From Vicugna vicugna (lineage: Eukaryota): DNA of 64,000 bases. Location of the stretch: NCBI GenBank assembly GCA_013265495.1, contig MU057632.1, positions 480,054-544,053 on the forward strand. Direction: 5' to 3'. Position 1 is the first letter of the stretch, and every line of letters begins with the position of its first letter. A program made the position numbers and the translations under genes. A model generated the notes under the pieces. It was not told where the DNA came from and made no database searches. It was given only the letters and a program-made list of their open reading frames with translations. Positions 51,315 to 64,000 of this stretch are shown one piece after another.

Positions 51315-51890
51315 ATTTTTTGAGGCAATATAGTTGCCTTCCAATATTATGTTAGTTTCAGGTGTACAATCTAGTGATTTGACAATTGAATACATTACAA
51401 AATGATCACCATGTTTAGTAACCATCTGTCACCATTTAAAAATACAGTATTATTGACTATATTCTTTCTGCAGTATGTTACATTCTTATGATTTATTGGT
51501 TTTATAATGGAAAGTTTGTACCTCTGAATCCCCTTCACCTATTTCCTCCAATCTATTTTATTCCCCTCCCCTTTGGCAGCCACCAGTTTGCTCTCTGTAT
51601 CTGTAAATCTGTTTCTACCTTGTTTTGTTTGTTCGTGTTTTGTTTCTTAGATTCTACATGTAAGTGAGACCATGTGGTATTTGTCTTACTCTGACATATC
51701 ACTTAGCTTAAAATCCTCAAAGTCCATCCATGTTGTTGCAAATGGCAAGATTTCGTTCTTTTCTAGTGCCGAGTAATATTCCATTGTGTGTGTTTTATGT
51801 GTGTGTGTATATATATATGTGTGTATATATATACATAAGTGTTATGTATACATACCACATCTTCTTTATCCATTCATTTATTGATGAACA
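51315..51890 (-). mobile_element. L1 3' segment (older variant)
   Basis: gttagtttcaggtgtacaa...tccatccatgttgttgcaaatggcaagatttc...cttctttatccattca. Confidence 0.88.
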
Positions 51891-51999
51891 TGTGATATTT
51901 TTAAGTTAACTGCTATTTAACTATATATTATAAACATATTTAGACATTTCCAATGTCTTTTTCTATAATAATTCCATCTAATTTCTCATGGTGCTCTTT

Positions 52000-52084
52000 T
52001 TTTAAAAATAGAGGCACTGGGGATTGAAACCAGAACCTCGTGTGTGTGAAGCACAGACCCTACCACTGAGCTATACCCACCCCC
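52000..52084 (-). mobile_element. Camelid-type tRNA-derived SINE
   Basis: gaggcactggggattgaaaccagaacctcg...taccactgagctataccc. Confidence 0.85.
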
Positions 52085-52577
52085 TTTGGAAAAAAAAATA
52101 ATTTCTAATTTATTTCTCAGCTATATACAGTAGTCAACTTCCAAAATGGAAAGTATAATCTTTTAAAAATTATTCACAGAATAACTGAGCACTGCCAGAT
52201 TTCAGAAATGACAGGTAGATATTAGAAAATCTCAGAGCAATTGCAAGGCTTCACTCTTTTATTTCCTAAGAAATCTGAGCCTCACTAAAACCCCAGAAAA
52301 GTCAGGTTCGGTAACCCCCAGTCTTTCCAGAGGCTCCAGTTAATTACTGCAGTGTGATGTGGGAATTGCATAGCCCCATCTCCTCACACAGCCGCACTCT
52401 TGGAGCCTGTAAGCGATTACAGGGTCAGAGCATCCCTTGATTACCAGCAGACAGCTTTAAGAGGAAGAGAAATCAAATTGTACAACGTGGTAAAAAAGAA
52501 ATGAAGAGAAAGCTCACTCCAGAAATACAGATGCACAGAGAGAGTTAAAAAAAAAAAAAAAAAAAAAGAGGAGTTAA

Positions 52578-52617
52578 NNNNNNNNNNNNNNNNNNNNNNN
52601 NNNNNNNNNNNNNNNNN
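52578..52617. other. Assembly gap (40 N) next to a poly(A) run
   Basis: Run of N characters. Confidence 1.
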
Positions 52618-53544
52618 AGGGGAGAAACATGGAGGCTGAATGGAAGGCATTTATACTAGTGCAAAGAAAACATGAGTGTTTTATTAGTTTAAAGAATGAA
52701 AATCCTGTAAAAATCAGTTTGGAGCAAATGATTCTACATTCAGCCATTACAAAACATCAATGAAGCAATTGCTGCTTTAATTTTATTTTTTTGTATTTCC
52801 TTCCAGTCTTTGTATCTACTTAGACTTAATCTTTTACATATTTATTCTTAATAAATCTTAGGTTTTTGCAATGGGAGTATCAATCAGAAATTTTATGTTG
52901 ACAGAAAATGGTATTAAGAAGTTATGATAGCCATTTGGGTTCTTAATACAAGTTGCTCTACAACTTAATCTAGTAGAACTTAAGGAAATTCCTGCTTGGG
53001 GGAAAAAAAGTTATAACATTCAAATAGTCCCTCTGGGAGCAATGAACTGGGTGAATTTTGGTTAAAAATAAAGGATAAAGATCTGGGCTTGAAGCCATAG
53101 GAGATAGAAAAGAAGACGGTACTTTGGTTTCTTAAGACACAAATTATTTGCGAAGAATGAGATAAACGGTCCAATTAGAAAGCGATGCAAGAATGTAATT
53201 AAGGGCTAAAATACATGGTCCAAATAATAAAAGCTGTGGGAGGTAAATAAAGATAAGGAAATAAGCCAGGACTATCAAGAAAAAACTTCAAGGAAAAATT
53301 AAGACTTGAGCTGGTTAGAATTTGAAGACAGAGAAACACATACTCCTAATACTATTGAGTCATATGTAATCCTCTGACACTAGGTTATAAGAGATTTGAA
53401 CTCTCATTCATTTTTCTCAACAAATTATTTATTACGCATATACTACATTGCTAAGAGCTGGACCAGACCCAAATGCAGTTTTTATAATGATGCTCTCTAT
53501 CCAACAGAAGGGGCCCCAGGCCACCAGGTACCATCCACAATGAA

Positions 53545-53767
53545 GGAGCTGTGGTTAAGAATGCGCCATCTCAGTCCCACCACCTTAGTTCGAAGCCCTC
53601 TTCTGCTGTTAACTCAGGGACTGACATGGACAGATTACTGAACCTCTCCCTCCCTTTGAACAGCATTCTAGTCTGTTCAAAGGAGGTGATAATATGAATA
53701 GTACCTCTTAGGGCTGTTCTGAGATTAAAAGACATAACGTGTTTAAGGCACTTAGAACAATGCCTAG
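53545..53767 (+). mobile_element. MIR SINE interrupted near its 3' end by an L1
   Basis: gtggttaagaatgcg...gtacctcttagggctgttctgagattaaa...ggcacttagaacaatgcctag. Confidence 0.75.
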
Positions 53768-54171
53768 TGATTGTCATATTAAGTGAAGTAAGTCAGACAA
53801 AGACAAATACCATATGATATCACTAATATGTGGAATCTAAAAAAGAAAAAGATACAGGTGAACTTATTTACAAACCAGAAACAGACTTACAGACATAGAA
53901 AAATTATGGTTATTAAAGGGGAAAGTGGGAGGTGGGATAAATTAGGAGTCTGGGATTAACAGATACACAATACTGTATATAAACTAGATAAACAACAAGA
54001 ACCTACTGTGTAGCACAGGGTAGTACATTCAATATCCTGTAATAAACCATAATGGAAAAGTATATGAAAAAGAATATATGCATATAACTGAATCACTCTG
54101 CTGTACACCTGAAACTAATACAACAGTGTAAATTGACTATACTTCAATAAAAATGTAAAAAATTGAAAAAA
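53768..54171 (+). mobile_element. L1 3' end with TSD
   Basis: aagtgaagtaagtcagacaaagacaaatacc...acttcaataaaa. TSD agaacaatgcctag (53754-53767) and agaacaacgccaag (54172-54185). Confidence 0.92.
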
Positions 54172-54379
54172 AGAACAACGCCAAGGATAGCATCAATAAT
54201 TTAAATGACTACTTTTAATGGTAAATAATCTTCTTTCCTATGACTTATCCCCTCTTGCTGTCCCTCTTAGTCCTGCATTTCCTTCGAGTGAATGTCCTGT
54301 CTCTCTTCTTATGTTCCTGCTGAACCAACTGAATATGGTTCACATTCACTGTTTCCTCTCATCACTTCTGATTCAATTT

Positions 54380-55240
54380 TCAGCCCACAACATCCTGGCT
54401 TCTGTATTAACCACTTTGTTGATGAGGTCACAAAATCACTGGTGGTTTCCATGTTGCCAAGTCCAGTGGTAACTCCTTGGTCCTTACCTTAACAAACTAC
54501 AATGTCTATATTTCATAGTTGACTATTCTTGGAAACTCTCAATATCCTTGATTCAAATGACCACCTGACCATCTTTTTGTCTCGTGTTTCCTTACCTCTT
54601 GCTGTCTATTCCATTTGAGTCCCCTTTTCCTTTGCTTACCCCTTGTATGTTGGTATTCCTTAGGTCTCCATCCTTGAGCTATTGCCTTCTCTCTCTGACA
54701 TGGTTTCCTTGTGATTTCACCTAGTGTCTGTGCTTCTTCATCCATGGCTGCTGGACATATGTAGTTAGAAGTCCCATGCACTGAAAGCCCAGTATCTCCA
54801 AAACTAGCTCATCTCATCACCTCTGGCATGCCCCTCAATCTGCTGTCCCACCTGTATTCTTCATCTTGTTAATGTCCCCACTATGTAGCCAACCACCCAG
54901 GCCAGGAACCTAGAAAGAACAAATCCGTCCCTCTTCTTCATCTTCCACATTGACTCCTTCCTTAATACATTTCAACTCTAACGCCATATTGTCTTTCTCC
55001 ACTGTCTCCACCACACCCTCAGTCCAAGTCCTCATTATTTCTTGCCTCAGCTGGAAAAAGAGTTTCCAATGGATTTCCTACCTCGAGCTTGTCCCCTTCC
55101 AACCACCATTCAGAGAGGTGGCAAAGTAGACAATCTAAAATGGAAATTCGATGACATTATCACCTGCCTAAACCCTGCTTACCTGAAAAACTGCCCATCA
55201 CCTCCAGGATGAAATCCTGGACCTCTGACATAACAGGGCA
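54380..55240 (+). mobile_element. L2 relic
   Basis: ccatgttgccaagtccagtgg, gttgactattcttggaaactct, acccaggccaggaacctag and ctcattatttcttgcct are L2 ORF2/3' motifs. Confidence 0.65.
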
Positions 55241-58200
55241 GTCGGCCATCACATTATCTCTGTACTTCTCTCCAGTTTCAATAATAGCCACCATGCTAAT
55301 TGTGATGATAAAATCCTGTGATACCTTGATGTAATTTATTATTCCTGTTTTAAAGATTAAGTCAATGGTATTGGAAGGAACTTGTTCATAGTCATCTAAT
55401 CAGTAAAGTCAATAACTGAATTCAAATCTATTCCCAAAGAACATCCTTGAGGTCAAAGGTCCACAGCATCCCCTTTTTTTAAACCACCAGCATCTATCAC
55501 ATTCAGTGTAGTGCACAATGACTATTAAATAGTCATCTGAACTGACCGAAAAAAAAAGAGAAATTATAACATGATAATTATAAAAGACCATCCTTCCGCT
55601 GACAGAAGGGTGAAAGTCCCCAGAATTACCTCACTGGTGCTCTAAATGGCAGCACCAAGCACCATAACTACGTTTGTGAAAAGTGTATCTCTTCACATGT
55701 ATTTGAATTTAAATACCTTTCAAATTAGGATATAAACCCCACATTACCTTTTTCTTTTCAATTGCTTTTTATTCAAATGTCTTCTTTACCTTTAGAGGTG
55801 CAGAAATAAGGTAAGTGTAACTATTTACACTTACACATTCTCTGTTGGGATGCAGTGTGCATGTATGCAATTGTGTGTGCGTGGAATACATGTGGGCAAA
55901 TACAGACAGATCTATCTACCTGTCTATCTATAAAATGGAAAAAGCTCAAATTTTTTAAGTTTATAAATAGATGTCTTCAGTAACCCTTAGAAAACTCACT
56001 ATTTAGACAGACTGATAAAGGATCAAAAGGTTCACCTAAAACGCTGAGACCCATTAAAGCATTTTAAAAGTGATGAAAAAATGCAGTCGTGTGGCCAGTC
56101 TCCCAGGTGGAAATCAAATAAAGCTTCAAATAGCCTACTTGAACCGGCTGAAGGAAAAGGAAGTTAAAACAAGAATGTCTACAGATCATTCAGCGTTAAC
56201 TCCAAGCTGCGGCGATTCAACAACTGGGCTCCAAGCAGTTTCACACCAGCGGGCGGGGATAAAACACGCTCGGCCGGCTTTCTCTCTGCCAAAATAGCCA
56301 TTTGCAATTAAAAACTAAACTGCACCACCTCTTTGCAGGCAATTATCAGAAGGCTGCTGGTGACCTCCCTTGTTTATAGTGGTTCTCGTATCAAGCCTTC
56401 ATTCCATTGTAAAATACTCTTATGTTTAATTTCTTATGGGCCGTCATACTCTCAACACTAGAATGTTAACACTTAACAACATTTCCAATTGGACCATGAC
56501 CCTCAAATACCATAGCAATTGTCTGAATTTCTGAAAACAGACTCATTTGAAGGACAGATAGAGCATTTCATGTCTCTAGACTAGCAGTGTAACTCATAGG
56601 TGGCATCCATATATTTAAGGGAAATCAGTTATTTTTAAGGAACGCAAGAGTGAAAATAAAATGCCAACATTAATTTCTATAGACCAAGACTTAACTGCAA
56701 AAACAATATACATATATATATATTCTGTATATTTATATGTATATTTTAAGTGTATAGTGTATGTGTGTGTATCTGTGTGTGTGTATATATATATGTGTGT
56801 GTGTATATATATATATATAAAGTCATTCACCATAGGGTCTATTTGAGTCCTGACACAGGGAGTGGCCAATGGAGTAAAACTCCATCTCCCACCAGGAACC
56901 AGTAGTCTACTTTGGAGATACAGGGTATCAGTAAGTGAATCAGTCTTTCTGCATGGAGCGTCTCCTATGTGGCAGACACCATTCTGGTGCCAGGGATACA
57001 GCAGAGAACAAGACAGAGAGAGCCCCTGCCTGCAAGAAAACTGGGTAGAGACGGGCAAGAAACAGATCCATCCTCCAAGCAGAAGGAAGCTGTGTTCTGT
57101 TTAACTCTTCAGAAAGACCCCTTTGGTTACTGACACAGATCTCCCCATGAGTTAGGAGTGAAGTTCCAGTGGACTATTAAGAGATGGCCCAGCAGCTCAG
57201 AGCTGAGACAGGGAAATGGCAGATCGATCAGATCACTTCTTACTACAGGGACTCCTTCCCCTTATGATAGGATTTCAGGCTCTCCACAGCATCCTCCACC
57301 ACCATGGTCAGGTTGCAAACTCTACTGTCCCTGCTTCACAGATAAGATCTGGAGAGCCCCCAGGGTGAAGTAACATATTCCAAGTCACAAAGTTGATTAG
57401 TGGGAATGTTGGAAACAAAGCAATGATTTCCACCTGTTTCGAGCCCCTTAACCTTTCTCCTCTGTGTGAATCATCAGTATCTTAACTTTTAAGAAAATCA
57501 AAAAGACTTGGTCATTCCTTCAGCTTTGGTTCACTCTGAAACTCCTCTAGGGAAGGTTTCCAAAGGAAAACTGTTGACTTATTAAGCAAGCCTTCATTGA
57601 GCATCTACTGGATACAAGGCACCTATTAGGTGCTTGGGATTCAGAGAGAAATAGAGGAGATTTCCTGTGTGGGAAGCTCACCATCTTGCGGGAGGCAGAA
57701 CAAGGAGCTCACGAGGACCACACAGCAGGGCAAGCACCGTGGTAACGACGTTCCCTAGAAGCCACGGGCCCTGGGATAAAGGGCTGTTGAATCATTCTGG
57801 CAGAGAGGAGATCTGTCCAAGAGGAAGTGATCCCTGAACTGGGTTCTGAAGAAACAGCAGGTCTTGGACCACAAGACCACGAGGAGTGGGGAGAGTCCAA
57901 GAGAACAGGGTGAGAAAATAGTGTCTGGGGGAAGACACAGGATGGGGCTTAGGGTTTGCATTAGAGATCAGCAAGAAAGGTGGACAGAAGCCGTGTCATA
58001 GGGGTTACGTGAGGTCCTCCAGGGAATGACCAAACCAGCATAATCCCACGCATCTCTTCCAGGTCTTCCTGCAGCACTGGAAACCGCTGGCCACCATCTC
58101 CTTCCTGTACACACCTTCCTTCCTTGGCTTTTAGGAAAATAAGGTCTTCTGCTTTTTCCTGGGCACGTTGGTCACCCCGGTATATTTTCACCAGTTTTCC

Positions 58201-59509
58201 TGTGGGTTCTTACTCTTCTGTCCGCCACTTGCTGTTGGTGTCCTTCCTCTGTTTTCCCCGTGTCCTCACCTAACTCTGCAGCCCTGGCTGGCTCACTTGT
58301 TCTGGTCATTGCTTTAACTCACACAACACTGCTAGAGGCTTCCAATCTAAATATCTCATCTAGATATCTAGATGATGGTCTGGATTGGTCAAGGCAGCCA
58401 TTCATTCACAAATTGTTCACTGAGTCCTCTTTTCATGCCAGAAATGGTTCTGGTGGCTGATCTCAGGCCCAGTGGAAAGAGGCTGAGTGTACTTGGATCG
58501 CTGTTGCGTTTTTGCAGGTGACAGTCTCCCCTTACATGTCTTACAATATCCAAAACTCCACAAGTGCAAGTCTGAACTCACTGGACCACCCTGAAAGTAT
58601 GCCCTCCATCCTTGGTCCCACACATCAGCCAATGGTATTTCCCTTCCCCAAATCACCCAAGTCAGAGTCACCCTTCTCGTACCGCCCACCTGACTGCTGG
58701 AAACAGTCTGCTAATTCTACCTACTTAACTTTTCTCTACTCAAATTCCTCCTTGTCCCCACTGTTCCTGCCTAAGTTTCTTAGACAATCATCTCTCACCT
58801 TTCTAGAATGGTAGATAGTTAACAAACATTTGGGGAATGAATTTATGGAGAAAGGAGTACAAGAATGAATGGAAAACTTGGACAACTGCTATTACCTCCT
58901 CATTGGCCAGTTCTATCTGGCACTTTTAATCCATTGAGCAAACCAATGAAAGACACATCTTTCCAAAAATTTGTATTTGATTACATCATTCATCTGATCT
59001 TCACCATTTGACAGCAAGTACTACCTACAGGAATAAAGACTAGATTCCCTGGCCAGCCTCTGAAGCCATCCAAGATCAGGTACATGTGCCTTCTGCTCTA
59101 CCCTTTTTTCTTGAAGTTGTCCTTATCCGAAAGTAGTTACCAGTACCCAGAATCACTATGTTGAGTCACAGCTCCCTATCTTTACCTAAGCTCTCTTCTC
59201 CATCAAGACTACTGATCCCTCCTTTACCTTTACACCTGAAAATGCACCAGCCATTTGTCAAAATTCAGCTCATATCTCACTTCCTCTTTGAAGTCTGTGC
59301 TGACCTTTCTGCCCTCACCTCTACTTCCTCTTCTTTTCCACTGCGACTTTGCACTCACTTCTGTGGCAGCATCATGTCACATTTGTTCACAAGCTCACAG
59401 TCAGCTCGTGCTGGAGTCTTTTTGCCTTACTAGGAATGAGCACAGAGTAGATGCTCATATGTTTCCCAGTGTGGAAATGAATGAACAGATGACTAGATGG
59501 TGAAGTCTC

Positions 59510-59830
59510 ATGGAAAGATTATAGGCGAGGGGATGATACAAGATTTGTATCTTAGGAAAAACACTATGTTGTCAGAGCAAAGAGCTGGGAGACTGAGAAC
59601 AGAAGCTGCAAGACATTACAAATAACCCAATGGTGATAAACTGAGAAACAGAGAGGGCTAGTGGCATCAGCAAAAAAAGAGAAGGAAATGGATTTGAAGA
59701 ATGTTTCTAGAGTGAACACAGAATTTAATGATCCTTTGGATGGCCAGTGGGAGCAAGTGAGAAAAACAAAGGCATCAAGGATGACTTTCAGGTTCCTAGC
59801 CTGGGTGACAGGATTACATCTTCTCATGGA
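59510..59830 (-). mobile_element. L2 relic
   Basis: ggaaatggatttgaagaatgttt...ggcatcaaggatgactttcaggttcctagcctgggtgac. Confidence 0.65.
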
Positions 59831-59958
59831 AAATATCTATACATTCTGATCCAGGGCATGACACCAGGCAAAGACGAGCAGACACAGTGATGAGTGACAC
59901 CGTTTCCTTCGCTATTGCTGAGAATCACATTTGCTGCATCAATGCGAATTCATATATG

Positions 59959-60714
59959 TGTAGCCGAGCAGGGCCCTACTGTCATCATCAATGACCATCT
60001 GATATCTATAATGGTGTTTGTAAAATGCTTACCTGTATAATAGCTTAAAAGGTTTTTATCATGCTCTTGCTGACCAGGGTTGGGCTGGACAGGAGGGAGG
60101 CTTGGGTGGTCCCCCCAACCCCCTCATGGTACTATGTGCAGGGATCATGCTCAGTGCTCTGCTCTTGCCCCTACTGGCCTGCTCTTGACCTCAGTGCCCT
60201 CCTCTTGACCCCTTGTGGTTTCCTTGTATCCTGTTGTTCGAGCCGCAGAGGAGATCCCAGGCCTCAGCCTGCTTAAAAGGCTAAAAGCATTTATCTACCT
60301 GACTTTAAACTGCACATGTTTTTCTCTAGAGCTCTTTTCCACGGAGCTTCTTGCTGTGCATCCTTTGTTCTAGCTACAAGAATATTAAGAGAGTCCCAAA
60401 GCTGGAGGTGAACTTTGTACCCAGCAGAGGGAAGGAGACTATTTCATCTACAAAAATAAGAACAATTTTGCAAAAATGTGTTACCCTGTTTACACAGTCT
60501 CTGTGGAAACCAGCTCCACCCCTTGGACTCTTGAACTTTTACTATAAAACACCCCACTTTCTCTCCCCAGCAGGCTCATAGTTTTAGAGGTGTTAGCCCA
60601 CTGTGACCTCCTTCACCTGGCAAAGAAAGAAAACTGCCTTTTCTACCTCATCCAAAACTCTGTCCTCAAGTCTCAATTCAGTAAGTGGGGTATGGAGGCC
60701 GTGTTTCAGCAACA
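59959..60714 (+). mobile_element. Solo ERV (ERV1-like) LTR
   Basis: TG...CA termini (tgtagccgagcagggccc ... ggccgtgtttcagcaaca), TATA box tataaaa at 60543-60549, and U5-like text (ttctacctcatccaaaactctgtc). There is no clean TSD. Confidence 0.72.
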
Positions 60715-63700
60715 CGTGGAGCCCATCATGTGTTTCCATGTTTCTCTGCTATCATCATTATACTTCTAAACTTTTCCTAAAAAAGAGGAGGAATTGAAAA
60801 TGGACAAACAACATTCAAAGAAATATGTCACCTCATATGCGAATAGCTCTTCTATGAAACTGAAGAACGGCTGATGACAGGAAATAGGAAACCAGGAAAC
60901 ATGGCTGTTGGGTAAATCCTTAAGAACAACAAGGGAACGGATTCTCTTAATCTCCACTAATTTATGAAGATTGGAGGAAACTGAAGCAAGTCACCTCTTG
61001 TTCTTGCCAGCCATCTCATTAGCAGGCTCAGCTATATACACTTGAATATCACACTCTACACCATGAAAATACCATGATGATAATGACTTTTGCATGCTGA
61101 ATGGAAATTTTTCTTTACCTGAAACATAACTTTAAACACCCTTTTCTTGCTTCTTGGCAATGAAAACGCTGGTCCACCAAGTAAATCCATCCCCGAAGTA
61201 CCTCATTAATCACAGTGCACTTGTTCTTGGCAAGAACCTTAACGTGCTTGAAAAACTGTTATTAAAGTAAGATCTGGGGATTCCCAGGCTGGCCAGGAAT
61301 TAGTTAGTCACACCAATTTAGAAACTGTTTTCTTACAATTTCCTTTATTATTAATGGTCTGGTTAGACTTAGAGCTCCAAGTAACTTTCCTTTATTAATT
61401 TAATGTGTAAAGTCCGGCTATTCTCAAGCTTACTTAAAATCATAAGCAGCAACTGCCAAAGGTGGCCTGGCCCCCAGGGTCAGCTGTGGTTGTGCTGAAT
61501 CCTTCCAGAAGAGGATACTATCCACTCCTTCTTTGGGCTCATTTGGAACTAGCACCCCTATCTAATCGCCCAAGCATTACAGCTTTGGATTCTAGAAACG
61601 CATAATGTAAAACTTCACAATTGTACATGTACCGACAAGTACATAATTGATTTTGTATCTACCACTACAGTTGCTGATGGCCTGATAAAGCCCGGTGAGT
61701 AGAGAATTATTCCAGCTTGAACCTCTTGAAAAATCATTTGTCAAAATCTTACAATTCTGTACAGCCAGGAAAACCTGTTAAACACCAACAGATTGAAAAG
61801 TAAGCGTTGCATTAAAAGACAGCCTCGTTCACGATCAAGGACAACACTTAGAAGACACAAAGCACAAGCACTCACCAAGGCTGTCTCTAACCCTCTCTGA
61901 ATATGGATAGTATGTAAATCACCAAAAATGAAAGGCCACTATATAGCATCATATTGTAAATTTTAAGCTATGAATATTCTAAGCATACACTTGTAAAATA
62001 AAAAAAACTATTTTCCATACAGGATATATTCTGTTGCCAAATTGAACACAGATCATTATTCCTACATGTTTTAGTAGATCTTAACAGGTCAAAATAATCT
62101 ATCAGATTCATTAGGTTAATTATATATCAACTTAGAGGGGATGAACATGAAAAGTATCTGGAGTGTTCCTCTATGTCTATGTTCTACTGCAGGGACCGCA
62201 TTTAAATCAACATGAATCTCACATACATTATACCTCTTGATGTAATAATGATGCTACACAACGTTCGCCTTGTGTACATTGTCAGATGGCAAGTTGGCTG
62301 GAATATTCCACCGAATGCTGCAGGTTCACATCAATCTGGGACTGTAAAATTTTCCGAACACCAGAGGCCCACAGATTGTAGACTCCACCAATTTCCTGAC
62401 CACTACGCGGTTAAATTCCAGGTTCACCTATTCATAAAACCAGCCCCTCCACTTCCATATTATTTCAAAAAAATATTTCTGGAGTTGATGCCAATCCTCC
62501 GTCCCAGGTGAAAGCTGTGTTAGGATGATATGCCTCATTTCGAAAAGAAACTCAATTTGTGTGTTCAAAACCTATTTTACCAGGAAACAAGGAACCTATC
62601 AGTGAATGCCTGCAACTTTCTCTACTGGTCTCCTAGGCTGACGTCTTTCGATTTCATTTTAACAACAGAAGCAAGGAAAAAAAGAACTAAAAAGAGAGGA
62701 GAAAAAGAAGAGGAAGAAGGAGAAGAAAAAAAAATGAGGGCGTAACAGCATAAAAAGTACCTTAAAATATCCCCATAAACCTAACTCTAGCAGGAGGCTG
62801 CATGAATGGACGTTGTGGGAAAAACAGTAGTAAACTTTCAAGCCACTGAAAGGTCTGAAATGCCTAAGGGAAAAATCAACATTTGCTTCCAATCATTTTC
62901 TCATTAAGCATGCTCTGCTAGATGGTGAGGGCTTACTTAACACACCCACATACACACTTTGACTAACAGCCACAAATGCCTACTTAACCCCCTGCCTGAT
63001 CCCTGCCCCTAGCTGCTGGTCTGCGTAGCTGCCGCGGCCCCTCCGCGCGCGGGGCTCCCCACCGGCCCCTGCCACTGCGCGGGAGCATCTCCTCGCCCGC
63101 CCTGCTCGCCTCTTCTAAACCTTGGCCACCTCTGTGGCAGGAAGGACTCCAGGCACCGACAGAGTTTCCGTTAGTGGTGGCGGAGGTGGTGGCGAGGCGT
63201 GTTTCCGGGCGCACTGGAAACCGAGCTGTTCTCCCCACCAAGTAGGGGCTCCCCCAGCTCCGCTCCGGAGACTGAGCACCCAGGTCTCCCTTTCTCCTCT
63301 CCCCTCCCCACCCCTTCCCGCGTCTTCCTCGCCATCACCTCCTGACCTCTCCAACACACTCTCCCAAGCACGGGCGCGCGTCCTCCCCTGGCCTCAGCTC
63401 CCGGGCGCCCCCCTCGGTTGAAGTTGACGTCTCTCGGGACCTGATCGCTCCCAGTTATCCGCGCCGAGTACACTGTCAAGTACTGCGGCGTGCCCAGAGC
63501 GGCACGGCGGCTCACTGACTGCACTAGGGGAGAAAGGTCGCTCCGGAGAGGCAGAGAGGTGGGGTGAGGGGGGTGGTGTGGAAGACTCTAGGAGGACGAC
63601 CCTGAACACGTGCAAAGAAATAAAAGCCGCCACGTGCGCGCGCGCGCGAGTGTGTGTGTGTGTGAGCGCATGCCGGGCCCGGGCATCAGCGCCCAGCAGC

Positions 63701-63765
63701 CCGGGGAGGACCGGGCGGAAGGGCCCCGCCGCCGAGGTGACCGGGGCCGCGTGAGGGGCGCGGAT

Positions 63766-64000
<235 letters not shown>

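Noticed and set aside
52540..52620. gagttaa repeated around a poly(A) run, suggesting a TSD
   Set aside because: It is adjacent to an assembly gap, so the local sequence is unreliable.

Overview
This is mammalian genomic DNA, most likely from a camelid (alpaca or camel), judged from its short tRNA-derived SINE family and associated L1 3' ends. The last 229 bp are the 3' part of coding exon 1 of KCNQ5 (Kv7.5 potassium channel) on the minus strand, inside a CpG island and ending at a canonical GT|GTGAGT donor. Everything from 1 to 63771 is KCNQ5 intron 1. The intron is dense in repeats: many 5'-truncated L1 3' ends (three with twin-priming inversions), one L1 5'UTR/ORF1 remnant, about 10 tRNA-SINEs, MIR/L2 relics, DNA transposon relics, a MaLR element that keeps internal sequence, and a solo ERV LTR. 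None of the supplied ORFs is a credible host gene. I found no convincing new biological system. The most interesting observations are a near-identical 1.23-kb tandem duplication, a 27-nt tailless U6 snRNA retrocopy with a 17-bp TSD, a poly(A)-only insertion with a TSD, two L1 ends sharing one TSD pair, and several CpG-retaining candidate enhancers. Repeat subfamily names and most repeat boundaries were judged by eye and are approximate.
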